Origin: Candidatus Niyogibacteria bacterium CG10_big_fil_rev_8_21_14_0_10_46_36
GTDB lineage: Bacteria > Patescibacteriota > Minisyncoccia > 1-14-0-10-42-19
Reading direction: 5' to 3'
Assembly: GCA_002772995.1 (NCBI GenBank)
Contig: PFCO01000003.1
Location: 74,253-136,756 of the forward strand
DNA length: 62,504 nt
The notes beneath the pieces were generated by a model, which ran no database searches, was not told the origin of the DNA, and worked only from the letters and a program-made list of their open reading frames with translations. Positions 27,440 to 37,693 of the stretch are shown here, in pieces. The position numbers and the translations under genes are program-made. Every line of letters starts with the position of its first letter. Position 1 is the first letter of the stretch.

Positions 27440-27814
27440 CTAGAGTACTAGGCCTGCCTCGCGGGCGCCTTCTGCGATCGCCTTTGTGCGGCCCTGATAT
27501 TTATAGTGAGAACGGTCAAATACCGCGCGCCGTATGCCTTTTTTGACTGCCGCTTCTCCGAGCTTCTTACCGAGCTCATGAGCAGTTTGTGTTTTTGTCG
27601 TTTTTGCAGCTTTCTTTGCTCCTTTTTTTGCATCTCCTACTCCCATGATGGTCATTCCAGAGACGTCATCAATCAGCTGTGCGTAGGTGTGCTTGTTTGA
27701 ATGGAACACCGAAAGGCGCGGGCGCACGCGTGTACCATGAATACGCGCACGAACTCGCCTCTTTCTGCGTACAATGCCTTCTTTTTTCTTTTGTAATTCT
27801 TTTGCGGTCTTCAT
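27440..27814 (-). CDS. rplR: 50S ribosomal protein L18
   Basis: RPRLSVFHSNKHTYAQLIDD, FDRSHYKYQGR. Confidence 0.97.
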   Translation of the reverse strand: MKTAKELQKKKEGIVRRKRRVRARIHGTRVRPRLSVFHSNKHTYAQLIDDVSGMTIMGVGDAKKGAKKAAKTTKTQTAHELGKKLGEAAVKKGIRRAVFDRSHYKYQGRTKAIAEGAREAGLVL

Positions 27815-27823
27815 ATGAGTTTA

Positions 27824-28372
27824 TTACGCCCCTGTTGTTGCTGCCTTTTTGCCTGCTTTCCGTCTGATCACTTCGCCCTCATACCGAATCCCCTTGCCCT
27901 TGTACGGCTCGGGCTTTCTGAACGAACGTATCTCTGCGGCTACCTCTCCTACTTTTTCTTTATCAATACCGGTAACAATAATGGCATTTTTTTCTACCTG
28001 AAACTGAATTCCTTCTTTCGGCTTTACTTCCACGGGATGCGAGAATCCTAAGCTAAGAACAAGGTTTGTTCCCTGCAATTGCGCACGATACCCGACTCCT
28101 TCTATTTCGAGCTTCTTCGAAAAACCTTCGGTAACCCCGTGAATCATATTTTTGATATGTGAAGCGTATGTCCCCCACAATGCCGCTGATTCAAGGTTTT
28201 CTTTCCGGAGCTTTAATACCACTTCGGAGTCCTTTATTTCTACCTCAATGAGCCGCTCCTTTATAGGACGGGCAAGCTCTCCTTTCGGTCCCTTTACGCG
28301 AACAGTTCCGTGTTCAAGCGACACAGAAACGCCTGCAGGGATTGGAATTGGTTGTTTTCCTATACGGCTCAT
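27824..28372 (-). CDS. rplF: 50S ribosomal protein L6
   Basis: MSRIGKQPI, RKPEPYKGKGIRY. Confidence 0.98.
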   Translation of the reverse strand: MSRIGKQPIPIPAGVSVSLEHGTVRVKGPKGELARPIKERLIEVEIKDSEVVLKLRKENLESAALWGTYASHIKNMIHGVTEGFSKKLEIEGVGYRAQLQGTNLVLSLGFSHPVEVKPKEGIQFQVEKNAIIVTGIDKEKVGEVAAEIRSFRKPEPYKGKGIRYEGEVIRRKAGKKAATTGA

Positions 28373-28380
28373 AATATTTC

Positions 28381-28767
28381 TTACCAAATGCGTGCGATTA
28401 TCTCTCCGCCAACTTTTTCTTTTTCGGCATCCTTCGCCGAAAGCAACCCTTTTGATGTAGACACGATAACCATACCTCGTGAAGAACGGAACGATTTTAA
28501 TTCCTGCCATCCTCCATATATCCGCTGCGACTGTTTTGAAATCATTTTAATTCCGTGAATAACCGGCGCATCCTGCTCATACCGCAAACCAACCTCTATC
28601 GTTCGCTTGTTCTTCTTTCCCCGGCGAGCTGATTCCGTCAAATATTTTTTGTCCTGGAGCAATTTAATAATCTCCATCTTAAATTTAGAATACGGAACAG
28701 ACACACTCTCGTGGCGGGCGCGTGATGCATTGGCTATTCGTGTGAACATGTTTGCTATCGGATTCAT
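28381..28767 (-). CDS. rpsH: 30S ribosomal protein S8
   Basis: NPIANMFTRIAN, IVSTSKG, VGGE. Confidence 0.97.
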   Translation of the reverse strand: MNPIANMFTRIANASRARHESVSVPYSKFKMEIIKLLQDKKYLTESARRGKKNKRTIEVGLRYEQDAPVIHGIKMISKQSQRIYGGWQELKSFRSSRGMVIVSTSKGLLSAKDAEKEKVGGEIIARIW

Positions 28768-28768
28768 A

Positions 28769-28954
28769 TTACCAAGATGATTTTTTAACTCCGGGAAGCA
28801 TGCCTTCATTAGCAAGCTCACGGAAACAAATACGGCACAAATCAAAGTCTCTCATATAGCCATGCTTGCGTCCACACCGAAAACACCGCCGTACAACACG
28901 CGACTTGAACTTTGGCTTCTTTTTTGATCGTGCGATTACTGATTCTTTGGCCAT
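28769..28954 (-). CDS. rpsN: 30S ribosomal protein S14, zinc-binding type
   Basis: RCFRCGR...LCRICFRE. Confidence 0.97.
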   Translation of the reverse strand: MAKESVIARSKKKPKFKSRVVRRCFRCGRKHGYMRDFDLCRICFRELANEGMLPGVKKSSW

Positions 28955-28962
28955 ATGTCTGC

Positions 28963-29514
28963 TTACTTTGTTTCCTGCTCCTTGCGGAATGGAAATCCTA
29001 AGTGGGTGAATAATGCCTGTGCTTCTTCCTTTGACTGGGCGCTCGTTACAATAGTTATCTCAAATCCAAAAATGAGCTTTGTGTCCTCTCCTACCATCTC
29101 TGGGAATACAATATGTTCCGGAATGCCTATTGTCAAATTACCTGACTGGTCTATCGCGGAGTCTTTCAGTCCGCGGAAGTCACGCGTACGCGGAAGCGCA
29201 ATCGCAATAATCCGCTCTAGGAAGTCATACATGCGCCGTCCACGGAGAGTTGCTGCATACCCGATGGTCTGGCCTTGGCGGGTCTTGAACGTTGCAATAG
29301 ACTGTTTCGCCGCACGCGGAGACAATGCCTGACCCACAATCAATTGCAAATCGCGGACGATTTGTTTCTGTTCCTCTTCATTCCGCCGCCCAACGCCCAC
29401 ATTTACGACAACCTTAATAAGCTGCGGGATCGCCATAGGGTTTGTATATCCGAATTCCTTCTCAAAAAACGGTATGACCTCTTTTTTATATTGTTTTTGC
29501 AATACTGTTTCCAT
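28963..29514 (-). CDS. rplE: 50S ribosomal protein L5
   Basis: [19 protein letters not shown]. Confidence 0.97.
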   Translation of the reverse strand: METVLQKQYKKEVIPFFEKEFGYTNPMAIPQLIKVVVNVGVGRRNEEEQKQIVRDLQLIVGQALSPRAAKQSIATFKTRQGQTIGYAATLRGRRMYDFLERIIAIALPRTRDFRGLKDSAIDQSGNLTIGIPEHIVFPEMVGEDTKLIFGFEITIVTSAQSKEEAQALFTHLGFPFRKEQETK

Positions 29515-29520
29515 GATGCA

Positions 29521-29844
29521 TTAAATAAGATTTTTGCATTTTTTACATGACCGAACCTTTTTCTTATCTTGGCCTACTTGATATCCTATCCGGGTTGGTT
29601 TGCCGCATGAGCCACACACCACAAGAACATTGGATGCGTGAATCGGCATCGCAAGACTTACCTTTTCTCCTTTCTGTCCTTGCCGGCGTGGCCGCCTGTG
29701 GCGTGTCTGCATATTTATATTCTCAACAATAATACGCTCGTCCTTCGGGAATGTGCCTGCCACCTTTCCAGTCTTTCCTTTATCTTTTCCGGAAAGCACC
29801 TTTACCGTGTCTCCTTTTTTAATTTTTAGCTTTGCGGTCGTCAT
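29521..29844 (-). CDS. rplX: 50S ribosomal protein L24
   Basis: KKGDTVKVLSGKDKGKTG, IHASNV. Confidence 0.97.
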   Translation of the reverse strand: MTTAKLKIKKGDTVKVLSGKDKGKTGKVAGTFPKDERIIVENINMQTRHRRPRRQGQKGEKVSLAMPIHASNVLVVCGSCGKPTRIGYQVGQDKKKVRSCKKCKNLI

Positions 29845-29849
29845 GATGA

Positions 29850-30215
29850 TTACATTACTTCTTGCGCAAGACCGATAATCTTTGTGTACTTTTCGCGCAA
29901 TTCCCGCGGAATCGGCCCAAAAATGCGTCCGCCACGCGGTTCGCCTTTAGCGTCAATAACCACAACCGCATTGTCATCAAATCGTATGTATGAACCGTCC
30001 TTGCGCCGAAATGCTTCGCGCTGACGCACAACAACGGCACGCACTATTTCCTTTTTCTTCAACATTTTACGGGGTTCTGCGAGTTTTACCGATCCTACAA
30101 TAACATCGCCTATCCGCGCGTAACGCTTGCGCGTTCCGCCCAACACCTTAAAGCACTGGATGAGTTTTGCTCCAGTATTATCAGCTACTTGTAACATTGT
30201 TCGGGGCTGAATCAT
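29850..30215 (-). CDS. rplN: 50S ribosomal protein L14
   Basis: [17 protein letters not shown]. Confidence 0.98.
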   Translation of the reverse strand: MIQPRTMLQVADNTGAKLIQCFKVLGGTRKRYARIGDVIVGSVKLAEPRKMLKKKEIVRAVVVRQREAFRRKDGSYIRFDDNAVVVIDAKGEPRGGRIFGPIPRELREKYTKIIGLAQEVM

Positions 30216-30224
30216 ATATAAAAA

Positions 30225-30473
30225 TTATATCTTACCCACCACAAGCCAGCGCTTCTCCTTTGATAACGGGCGTGATTCCTGAATAATAACGGCGTCGCCA
30301 ACCTGATATTGGTTTGTTTCATCATGCGCTTTGTAGCGCTTGCTTCGTTTGATGAACTTCTTAAACACTGGATGCTTTACATAATTATGCACCTCAACGA
30401 CAGCCGTTTTCTGGCCCTTGTGTGACACTATCTTCCCTTGTAATTTTTTCTTTGTAATTGTTGCGTTATCCAT
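30225..30473 (-). CDS. rpsQ: 30S ribosomal protein S17
   Basis: KTAVVEV, YKAHDE, ESRPLSKEKRW. Confidence 0.97.
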   Translation of the reverse strand: MDNATITKKKLQGKIVSHKGQKTAVVEVHNYVKHPVFKKFIKRSKRYKAHDETNQYQVGDAVIIQESRPLSKEKRWLVVGKI

Positions 30474-30657
30474 GATGTTTTGTATTCAAATGGGTAAGTA
30501 TGCGCGCAATCGTCCGCTTCATCTCGCGTCCCTGCTTGTTGTTCTTCGCCTTCCCCTGTCCTACCTGAAAACGAAAATCGCGCAAGCCGCCCCGGTTATC
30601 TTTGAGCATTTGCATTAATTCTTCCGTATTTCTGTTTTGTATATCTTTCATCTTCAT
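30466..30657 (-). CDS. rpmC: 50S ribosomal protein L29
   Basis: Position in operon; LRDFRFQ...KRTIARILT. Confidence 0.93.
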   Translation of the reverse strand: MKMKDIQNRNTEELMQMLKDNRGGLRDFRFQVGQGKAKNNKQGREMKRTIARILTHLNTKHHG

Positions 30658-30658
30658 A

Positions 30659-31072
30659 TTAATCGCGGAATACTACTTTTGTGCGCATCGGAAGCTTTGC
30701 TCCCGCGCGCCGCAATGCGGTACGCGCATCCTGCTCCGATATGCCGTCGACTTCAAACAAAATGCGGCCTCTTCCTACCTCTGCTACATATTTTGACGGA
30801 TCTCCCTTGCCTTTTCCCATGCCAACTTCCGGCGGTTTTTGGGTGATGGGCTTGTCTGGGAAAATACGGATCCACAACTTTCCTCCTTTCTGCACAAACC
30901 GAGTGATTGCTTTTCGCGCAGCTTCAATCTGGCGTGAATCAACTTCTGCGGCGTCCTCTGCCTGCAATCCGACGCTGCCAAAAGCAATCGTCGTTCCTCG
31001 CGACGCGACTCTGTTCTCATTCCCCCGGAGACGCTGCCATTTTCTATATTTTACTTTTTTCGGAAATAACAT
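30659..31072 (-). CDS. rplP: 50S ribosomal protein L16
   Basis: QIEAARKAI, WIRIFPDKP, MGKGKG. Confidence 0.98.
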   Translation of the reverse strand: MLFPKKVKYRKWQRLRGNENRVASRGTTIAFGSVGLQAEDAAEVDSRQIEAARKAITRFVQKGGKLWIRIFPDKPITQKPPEVGMGKGKGDPSKYVAEVGRGRILFEVDGISEQDARTALRRAGAKLPMRTKVVFRD

Positions 31073-31081
31073 ATGCGTTTA

Positions 31082-31753
31082 TTATTCTTTTTTGACGGCA
31101 TCTTTCGCAAACTTTTCTCCACGGTAAATCCATACCTTGATACCAATATCACCATACGGCAAATGCGCGCGCTCGCGTGCAAAATCAATGTCCGCACGAA
31201 GCGTCTGAAGCGGCACACGCCCTCTCATCAGCCATTCAACACGCGACATTTCAGCACCGCCGAGTCGTCCCGATAATTTTACCTTAATACCCTCAACATC
31301 CCTGTTCGTAATAACTTTATCAAGCGTTTTTTTCATAACGCGGCGGAATGGCAAACGCCGTTCCAGGTCTTCCGCTATCATCTGCGACACTATTGCGGAG
31401 TTACTCTCCGGTGAACGGAGCTCTTCAATAGAAATCTTTACCTCCTGCGGGATTGTAAGCTTGGTGCGCTGCATATGCCGGATGATGTCCTTGCGGAGCG
31501 TATCAATGCCCTCCCCCTTCTTTCCGATAAGCATACCGGGGCGGGATGTGCTGATGATAAAATGCAGTAATGTTGGAGAACGCTCAATGCCGATATCCGC
31601 AACATATGAGCCGCGGAGGCGCTTGGTAAGCCATTCACGCATCAATACATCGCCTTTCAAAAAACGATGATATTCTTTTTTATCAAACCAGCGCGACTTC
31701 CAATCGCGAATGATGCCTAACCGAAATGAATATGGATGAACGTTGTGACTCAT
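31082..31753 (-). CDS. rpsC: 30S ribosomal protein S3
   Basis: HPYSFRLG, GRLGGAEMSR, PLQTLRADID. Confidence 0.98.
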   Translation of the reverse strand: MSHNVHPYSFRLGIIRDWKSRWFDKKEYHRFLKGDVLMREWLTKRLRGSYVADIGIERSPTLLHFIISTSRPGMLIGKKGEGIDTLRKDIIRHMQRTKLTIPQEVKISIEELRSPESNSAIVSQMIAEDLERRLPFRRVMKKTLDKVITNRDVEGIKVKLSGRLGGAEMSRVEWLMRGRVPLQTLRADIDFARERAHLPYGDIGIKVWIYRGEKFAKDAVKKE

Positions 31754-31756
31754 ATA

Positions 31757-32254
31757 TTATGCTTTTGCTTTTTTCTTTTCTTCCTTCGCCTTTGTTTCTT
31801 TCTTTACTGCTGCCGGTTTTGCTATTTTTTTAGGCTCTTTCTTGGGAGCTGCCGCCTGTTTTCCTGCGCGTGCTGTCTTTTTTTCTGCCGGCGCCCCTGC
31901 TGTTTTCTGAGCATGCCCCTTCTTTTCGTCCAATACTACAGTGATATGGCTTGTCTTTTTACGGATGAGCGTTGCCCGGCCCATGGCTCGCGGGGAATAC
32001 CGCTTGAGCACCGGGCCTTCGTCTACCCATATCTTTGCTACGTATAAATCCGCGCTCTCCATCTGAAAATTATTCTTTGCGTTCGCTTCCGCCGACTGCA
32101 GCAATTTTTTCATCGGTAACGATGCCCGCTTTGGGAGAAAGGAAAGAATCCGTATTGCTTCTTTTACGTTCTTTGTTCGTATGGAATCTGCAACAAGCCG
32201 CACTTTGCGGGGCGCTATCCGAAGATGCTTCAATTGTGCTTTTACTGCGGACAT
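31757..32254 (-). CDS. rplV: 50S ribosomal protein L22 with Lys/Ala-rich C-terminal extension
   Basis: [26 protein letters not shown]. Confidence 0.97.
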   Translation of the reverse strand: MSAVKAQLKHLRIAPRKVRLVADSIRTKNVKEAIRILSFLPKRASLPMKKLLQSAEANAKNNFQMESADLYVAKIWVDEGPVLKRYSPRAMGRATLIRKKTSHITVVLDEKKGHAQKTAGAPAEKKTARAGKQAAAPKKEPKKIAKPAAVKKETKAKEEKKKAKA

Positions 32255-32263
32255 AATCATTTA

Positions 32264-32581
32264 TTATGATGCTTTCTTTGCCTGTAATTCTGCTGTCTTA
32301 GCGCGCATTTCGGCTTCTTTCTGTATCTTTCCTCCGTGTCTTACGAACTTACGCGTAGGCGCGAATTCTCCAAGCCGATGTCCGACCATCTCTTCGGCAA
32401 CTTTTACCGGAATAAAATCTCTTCCATTGTGCACTCCGAATGTAAACCCAACCATCTCTGGCGCAATTTGGGAATCGCGCGACCATGTTTTAATAACCGC
32501 ATCGCCCCCCGGCTTCAATACGCTTATCTTTTTCAATAATTTTGGATCTACATACGGACCTTTTTTTGCTGAACGTGTCAT
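32264..32581 (-). CDS. rpsS: 30S ribosomal protein S19
   Basis: [18 protein letters not shown]. Confidence 0.98.
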   Translation of the reverse strand: MTRSAKKGPYVDPKLLKKISVLKPGGDAVIKTWSRDSQIAPEMVGFTFGVHNGRDFIPVKVAEEMVGHRLGEFAPTRKFVRHGGKIQKEAEMRAKTAELQAKKAS

Positions 32582-32582
32582 A

Positions 32583-33416
32583 TTATCGTTTCCTTTTCTT
32601 GCGCCCTTGCACAATTAATGTGTTGGAATATTTCGTTTTTCTTCGTGTTTTTACGCCGCGCACTCCCTTGCCCCACTTGTTCTTCGGACGGCGGGTGCCG
32701 CGGAGCGCCCGTCCTTCTCCTCCACCGTACGGGTGATCAACCGGATTCATAGCGGAACCGCGCACAGTCGGACGTATACCCATCCACCGGCTGCGGCCTG
32801 CTTTCCCATACACGACAAAGCTATGCTCAATATTTGAAACCTGCCCCACACTCGCCCAGCACGCGCTTAATATCTTACGAACAGTCCCTGAGGGGAGTTT
32901 TATTAATGTATATCCCGAGTCATGCGCCATGACTTCTGCGGTGTTCCCCGCAGAGCGCACCAGCCGTGCGCCGCCCTTAGGATAAGTTTCGATATTATAC
33001 ACCGAAGTACCCACCGGTATCAAGTCGAGCGGTAACCGGGCGCCAAGTACCGGCTCCTGCTTTCTGCCGGTCAGCATAGCGTCTCCTTTCCGCATTCCTT
33101 CAGGCACTACATGATAACGATGCTCACCGTCCGCATATATGACATGTGCTATAAATCCCGTGCGGTTCGGATCATATTCTATGCTTAACACGCGAGCCGG
33201 TATATCTATTTTGTCGTACCTAAAATCAACTTCCCGCCATAAGCGCTTAGAACCGCCGCCCTTGTGGCGGGTTGTTATCTTTCCGTTTGCACGGCCCTTC
33301 GCACGCTTCCGCCCTGAAACAAGTTTTTTATACGGGCGAGACTCGGTTAATACCTCACGATACGAGATCGTGGTCATTTTCCGCCGCGATGGAGTTGTCG
33401 GTTTATATGATTTCAT
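32583..33416 (-). CDS. rplB: 50S ribosomal protein L2
   Basis: [29 protein letters not shown]. Confidence 0.98.
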   Translation of the reverse strand: MKSYKPTTPSRRKMTTISYREVLTESRPYKKLVSGRKRAKGRANGKITTRHKGGGSKRLWREVDFRYDKIDIPARVLSIEYDPNRTGFIAHVIYADGEHRYHVVPEGMRKGDAMLTGRKQEPVLGARLPLDLIPVGTSVYNIETYPKGGARLVRSAGNTAEVMAHDSGYTLIKLPSGTVRKILSACWASVGQVSNIEHSFVVYGKAGRSRWMGIRPTVRGSAMNPVDHPYGGGEGRALRGTRRPKNKWGKGVRGVKTRRKTKYSNTLIVQGRKKRKR

Positions 33417-33420
33417 ATGA

Positions 33421-33864
33421 TTACACAAATTCTATTTTTTCACCCGCTTTCAAGGCAACCATTGCTTTTCTGTATCCTGACTTTGTCCCAGTAACGCCGC
33501 GGAGCACTCGGCGTTTCGGCCGTACCCACGACACATTTACCGATGCAACATGAACCCGGTATAGTTCCTCCACTGCTTTGCGGACTTCATTTTTTGTAGC
33601 GTCATCTTTCACCCGAAATGTGTAAACGCCCTCCTCAGCTAAGCGTGCCGATTTTTCCGTTACTGAAGGATGTACCAAAACACGCGCAGCGCGATCTGAT
33701 GCGTATGTTGTTGTTTTTTCTTTCTCCGGCGCGCCATCCTTCTTTGTTTCGGACGTTGTTTCTGTCTGCTGCTGGATTTTTTCTTTTGTCCGCTCGCGAT
33801 AGCGCACCTCTCGCCCTTCTTCCTTCCGTCCTTTTTTCTTTTTGAAGATATCGAATAATGCCAT
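33421..33864 (-). CDS. rplW: 50S ribosomal protein L23 with charged N-terminal extension
   Basis: PSVTEKS, KNEVRKAVE, YRKAMVALKAG. Confidence 0.95.
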   Translation of the reverse strand: MALFDIFKKKKGRKEEGREVRYRERTKEKIQQQTETTSETKKDGAPEKEKTTTYASDRAARVLVHPSVTEKSARLAEEGVYTFRVKDDATKNEVRKAVEELYRVHVASVNVSWVRPKRRVLRGVTGTKSGYRKAMVALKAGEKIEFV

Positions 33865-33868
33865 GGTG

Positions 33869-34516
33869 TTACGAAACTTTCTTTTCTAATACGGAAATGC
33901 TTTCCTTCGGCAGCACGACAAACTGCGAACCCAAAAGCTCAGAGACATTTACATTGCGCGCCTCCATAACAGTAATACCCTCAATGTTCCGGAGCGCCCG
34001 GATAGTTCCGGTGTCGCTTACGGGAATAAGGATAAGCGCCTTACTTGCCCCCAATCTTTCAAATCCTTCAATACTTGAAAGCATCTTCAATACGGATGCC
34101 GCATCTTTTGTTTTTGCCGAAGCAAAAACAAACTCATCAAGCACTAAAACGGTATTTTCGCGGAGCTTTTGGGAAAGCGTCGAAAACACTGCTTTGTGCT
34201 TCATTTTTTTGTTTATTTTTTTGGTGTAATCCTTTTCTGTGCGGGGACCGTGCGTAACACCTCCTCCAACCCATATCGGAGAACGTGTTGAGCCGTGCCG
34301 CGCTCGTCCGGTACCTTTTTGACGCCATGGCTTTTTCCCTCCTCCGCGCACTTCACCGCGATCCTTTGTGTGCGCCGTTCCTCTGCGTTTATTTGCACGC
34401 TCAGACTCAGCAACCTGCCAGACAAGTGCAGGACTCCACGCAACATCAAAAAGCGCACTTGGCATTTCAAGCGTTCCCGCCTTCTCTCCTTTTTGGTTAT
34501 ATACGGTTGCTTTCAT
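33869..34516 (-). CDS. rplD: 50S ribosomal protein L4
   Basis: TKDRGEVRGGGKKPWRQKGTGRARHGS. Confidence 0.98.
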   Translation of the reverse strand: MKATVYNQKGEKAGTLEMPSALFDVAWSPALVWQVAESERANKRRGTAHTKDRGEVRGGGKKPWRQKGTGRARHGSTRSPIWVGGGVTHGPRTEKDYTKKINKKMKHKAVFSTLSQKLRENTVLVLDEFVFASAKTKDAASVLKMLSSIEGFERLGASKALILIPVSDTGTIRALRNIEGITVMEARNVNVSELLGSQFVVLPKESISVLEKKVS

Positions 34517-34522
34517 ATATTA

Positions 34523-35155
34523 TTACTTCTTTACCGAAGCCTCTTTCCCTTTTATCTCAAGAAGCGTCCCCCATGCCCCGGGCAATGCTCCCTTGAGCGC
34601 AATGATATTATTTTTTGCATCTACCTTGACCACCCGTACGCTTTTAAGCGTGACGCGGTCGCTGCCCATGCGTCCTGCCATGCGCAGACCCTTGATAACG
34701 CGCTGAACGCCTCCTGTTCCGATAGAGCCCGGCTCGCGTTCCGAATGCTTCTGTCCGTGTGACCGGGGTCCGCCATGGAATCCATGCCGTTTTACCACCC
34801 CTTGAAATCCTTTTCCCTTAGAAATACCACTTACTTCTACTTTTTCTCCTTCTGTAAACACTGAGACATCTATTGTGTCCCCCGGTTTCATTTCTTCTTC
34901 AGTATGAACTTCCCTCATCCAACGGAGATTCTCTTTGCCAGCATGCTTTTTGAGATGTCCCGCCTGAGGCTTCTTCATCTTATTCTTGCTCTTCTGCCCA
35001 AAACCAACCTGCAAGGCGCTGTAACCGTCCTTTTCATTGGTCTTTGTTTGGGTGACAACAATGGGTCCAGCTTGCACCAAAGTCACGGGAATTGCATTTC
35101 CCTCCTCATCAAATATCTGCGACATTTCTAATTTTTGGCCTAAAATAAACTTCAT
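34523..35155 (-). CDS. rplC: 50S ribosomal protein L3
   Basis: GQKLEMSQIF, SKGKGFQGVVKRHGF, MAGRMG. Confidence 0.98.
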   Translation of the reverse strand: MKFILGQKLEMSQIFDEEGNAIPVTLVQAGPIVVTQTKTNEKDGYSALQVGFGQKSKNKMKKPQAGHLKKHAGKENLRWMREVHTEEEMKPGDTIDVSVFTEGEKVEVSGISKGKGFQGVVKRHGFHGGPRSHGQKHSEREPGSIGTGGVQRVIKGLRMAGRMGSDRVTLKSVRVVKVDAKNNIIALKGALPGAWGTLLEIKGKEASVKK

Positions 35156-35235
35156 ATATGTTCTATACATTGAAAAAATCCCGGCATAACGGGATCTTTT
35201 CAAGCATCATACCCGAATAATGCACTTTGGCTATG

Positions 35236-35658
35236 TTACATCATTTTTACTTCTATATCAACGCCTGCTGGCAAGTTCAGGTTAGTCAGCGCATCAATGA
35301 TGCGAGGCGTCGGATTAAGGATGTCTATCAGCCGTTTATGGATTCTCATTTCAAATTGCTCGCGTGCATTCTTGTGCACGAATGTTGAGCGGTTTACGGT
35401 GTATTTACGTATCTCAACCGGAAGTGGTACGGGGCCCGTAAGCTCCGCGCCGTATCGGCGCGCGGTTTCTACAATCTGCTTTACTGACGTATCAAGAATT
35501 TTATGATCGTATGCGCGAACGCGAATGCGCAGCTTCTGAGGCAACGCTTCTTCAGCTGCTTTTTTTTTCTTCGGTGCTGCCGGTTTTGCTGCCACCTTCT
35601 TCGGTGCGCTCTTTTTGGAAGCGCTTTTCTTTTTTGCTTTTGATTGAGTCGCTGTCAT
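35236..35658 (-). CDS. rpsJ: 30S ribosomal protein S10 with Lys/Ala-rich N-terminal extension
   Basis: [29 protein letters not shown]. Confidence 0.97.
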   Translation of the reverse strand: MTATQSKAKKKSASKKSAPKKVAAKPAAPKKKKAAEEALPQKLRIRVRAYDHKILDTSVKQIVETARRYGAELTGPVPLPVEIRKYTVNRSTFVHKNAREQFEMRIHKRLIDILNPTPRIIDALTNLNLPAGVDIEVKMM

Positions 35659-35666
35659 GCGCTCGC

Positions 35667-36860
35667 TTATTTAATGATCTTTGTTACAACTCCCGCGCCT
35701 ACAGTCTTGCCTCCTTCACGGATAGCAAACCGCTGCTTTTCTTCCAATGCGACAGGTGCGATTAATTTTCCGGCGAATGTAACGGTGTCGCCCGGCATAA
35801 CCATTTCGGTTCCCGACGGCAAGGTTACCTCTCCCGTAACATCAGTGGTGCGGATGTAAAACTGAGGCTTGTACCCGGTAAAGAACGGGGTGTGCCGTCC
35901 GCCTTCTTCCTTGCTCAAGATATATACCTCAGCTTCAAATTCAGTGTGGGGTGTTACAGATCCTGGCTTTGACAACACCTGCCCTCGTTCGATATCTTCT
36001 TTTTTGGTGCCACGGAGCAAAATACCCGCGTTGTCCCCCGCCATACCTTCGTCCAATGACTTGTTGAACATCTCAATACCGGTAACAGTAGTCTTTGTGG
36101 TGTCTTTAATGCCGACAAGTTCTATTTCTTCTCCCACCTTTACCTTCCCCCGCTCAATACGGCCCGTTACCACGGTACCGCGCCCTTCAATGGAGAATAC
36201 GTCTTCGATAGGCATCAAAAACGGCTTTTCTACATCACGCTGCGGTTCCGGAATAAATTCATCAAGCTGCTTGGCAAGTTCCAAAACAGGCTTTGCCCAC
36301 TCGTCATCTTTTGAGGTAGCCTCAAGAGCCTTAAGTCCCGAGCCACGGATAATTGGGGTTGTATCTCCCGGATATTCATATTTCGTAAGAAGTTCGCGAA
36401 CCTCCGCTTCAACGAGGTCAATGAGTTCTTTATCATCAACCATATCAACTTTGTTTAAGAATACGATAATCGCAGGAACACCCACCTGACGCGCAAGAAG
36501 AATGTGCTCCCGAGTCTGGGGCATGGGGCCGTCTGCGGCTGATACCACAAGCACCGCGCCATCCATTTGGGCGGCTCCCGTAATCATGTTCTTGATATAG
36601 TCAGCGTGTCCCGGCGCATCAATGTGCGCATAGTGGCGCTTTTCTGTCTCGTATTCCGAGTGGTGAAGCGCAATGGTGATACCGCGCTGCCGTTCTTCCG
36701 GCGCTTTGTCGATATCTGCAACCTTTTCCATTTTCACCTTGTTTCCGGCAAGGCCCAAAACATGCAGGATTGCTGCAGTTAAGGTAGTCTTTCCATGGTC
36801 AACGTGACCAATGGTCCCGACATTCAAGTGCGGTTTTGATCGCTCAAATTTTTCTGCCAT
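35667..36860 (-). CDS. tuf: Elongation factor Tu
   Basis: [26 protein letters not shown]. Confidence 0.99.
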   Translation of the reverse strand: MAEKFERSKPHLNVGTIGHVDHGKTTLTAAILHVLGLAGNKVKMEKVADIDKAPEERQRGITIALHHSEYETEKRHYAHIDAPGHADYIKNMITGAAQMDGAVLVVSAADGPMPQTREHILLARQVGVPAIIVFLNKVDMVDDKELIDLVEAEVRELLTKYEYPGDTTPIIRGSGLKALEATSKDDEWAKPVLELAKQLDEFIPEPQRDVEKPFLMPIEDVFSIEGRGTVVTGRIERGKVKVGEEIELVGIKDTTKTTVTGIEMFNKSLDEGMAGDNAGILLRGTKKEDIERGQVLSKPGSVTPHTEFEAEVYILSKEEGGRHTPFFTGYKPQFYIRTTDVTGEVTLPSGTEMVMPGDTVTFAGKLIAPVALEEKQRFAIREGGKTVGAGVVTKIIK

Positions 36861-37013
36861 AATGTCTTATGTGAAAATATATAATAAAAAAATAAAAAAA
36901 CCTTTTTATAAGGATATAGAGACCATAGTAACGGAGACTTAAAAATAAGTCAAGCGCCGAGACTCCCTAAAAATTACCCTCCGACATTTCCCGCCGCCGC
37001 CCTTTTGTATAAG

Positions 37014-37040
37014 AAAAACCGCGCGTTTGCGCGGTTTTTT
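37014..37040. terminator. Terminator after the fusA-tuf inserted genes
   Basis: AAAAACCGCGC-GTTT-GCGCGGTTTTT. Confidence 0.85.
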
Positions 37041-37053
37041 GCTTTTTTGTGCT

Positions 37054-37314
37054 TCACTTTTCAGCTGCTTTCCCTTTTGCCTCATCTTCCGATATTTCTT
37101 CTATAGATACACCCTTTCTGTTAAACCTCTGGTTAAATCCATGCCTGGAAAAACACGACATCCCAAATACCGTAACCATAAGCGTTTCGGCTTCCATAAA
37201 TGAAAGCTCAAGATGTTTTTTACTGCCATTAAAACTGAATGTCACGCGGTACTGCGGCTTTTCCGTTCTCTTGCCCATAGAATACTCATACGAGCCTTGC
37301 TGTGTTGCTTTCAT
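37054..37314 (-). CDS. Hypothetical 86-aa protein inserted between fusA and tuf
   Basis: AAGGAG before MKATQQG; ATGA overlap with the upstream ORF. Confidence 0.65.
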   Translation of the reverse strand: MKATQQGSYEYSMGKRTEKPQYRVTFSFNGSKKHLELSFMEAETLMVTVFGMSCFSRHGFNQRFNRKGVSIEEISEDEAKGKAAEK

Positions 37315-37521
37315 AATGCCACTCCTTTGAAAAATTCGGTATACAGAAGAACGCCCATCCATCTGTCCAAGAGCATCGCTTCTCCATTTTCTACAGGCCG
37401 GTAATATTCGTCCTCGTTAATAACCCAGCCGTCTTTCCCGCGCTCAACGAGCATATCTTCCGTAAACCGTTTTGCATCTTCCAGTGTTTTTATTTCTAAG
37501 CATGCAATAGCTATCGTTCAT
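37311..37521 (-). pseudogene. Small gene apparently frameshifted after codon 2 (or a short ORF using a downstream start)
   Basis: The AAGGAGG-ATG frame stops after 25 codons; the +1 frame gives a 67-aa protein-like sequence ending in ATGA overlap with the next gene. Confidence 0.45.
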
Positions 37522-37545
37522 TGCCCTCCTTTTTTAATTTTTATC

Positions 37546-37570
37546 AAAAATAGCGCTTTTCGCGCTATTT
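37546..37570. terminator. Probable terminator after fusA
   Basis: Minus strand AATAGCGC-GAAAA-GCGCTATTTTT. Confidence 0.7.
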
Positions 37571-37693
37571 GTCAAAACTATATCGGGAGATTTTCCAAAT
37601 CCTTTTCTATTTCAAAATCTTCCTCAAGAAGCTCTTTTGAATAAAGCCCCTCCTCCGACATCCTCTCTTCTGTTTTTTCTTCTTCATTCATAT

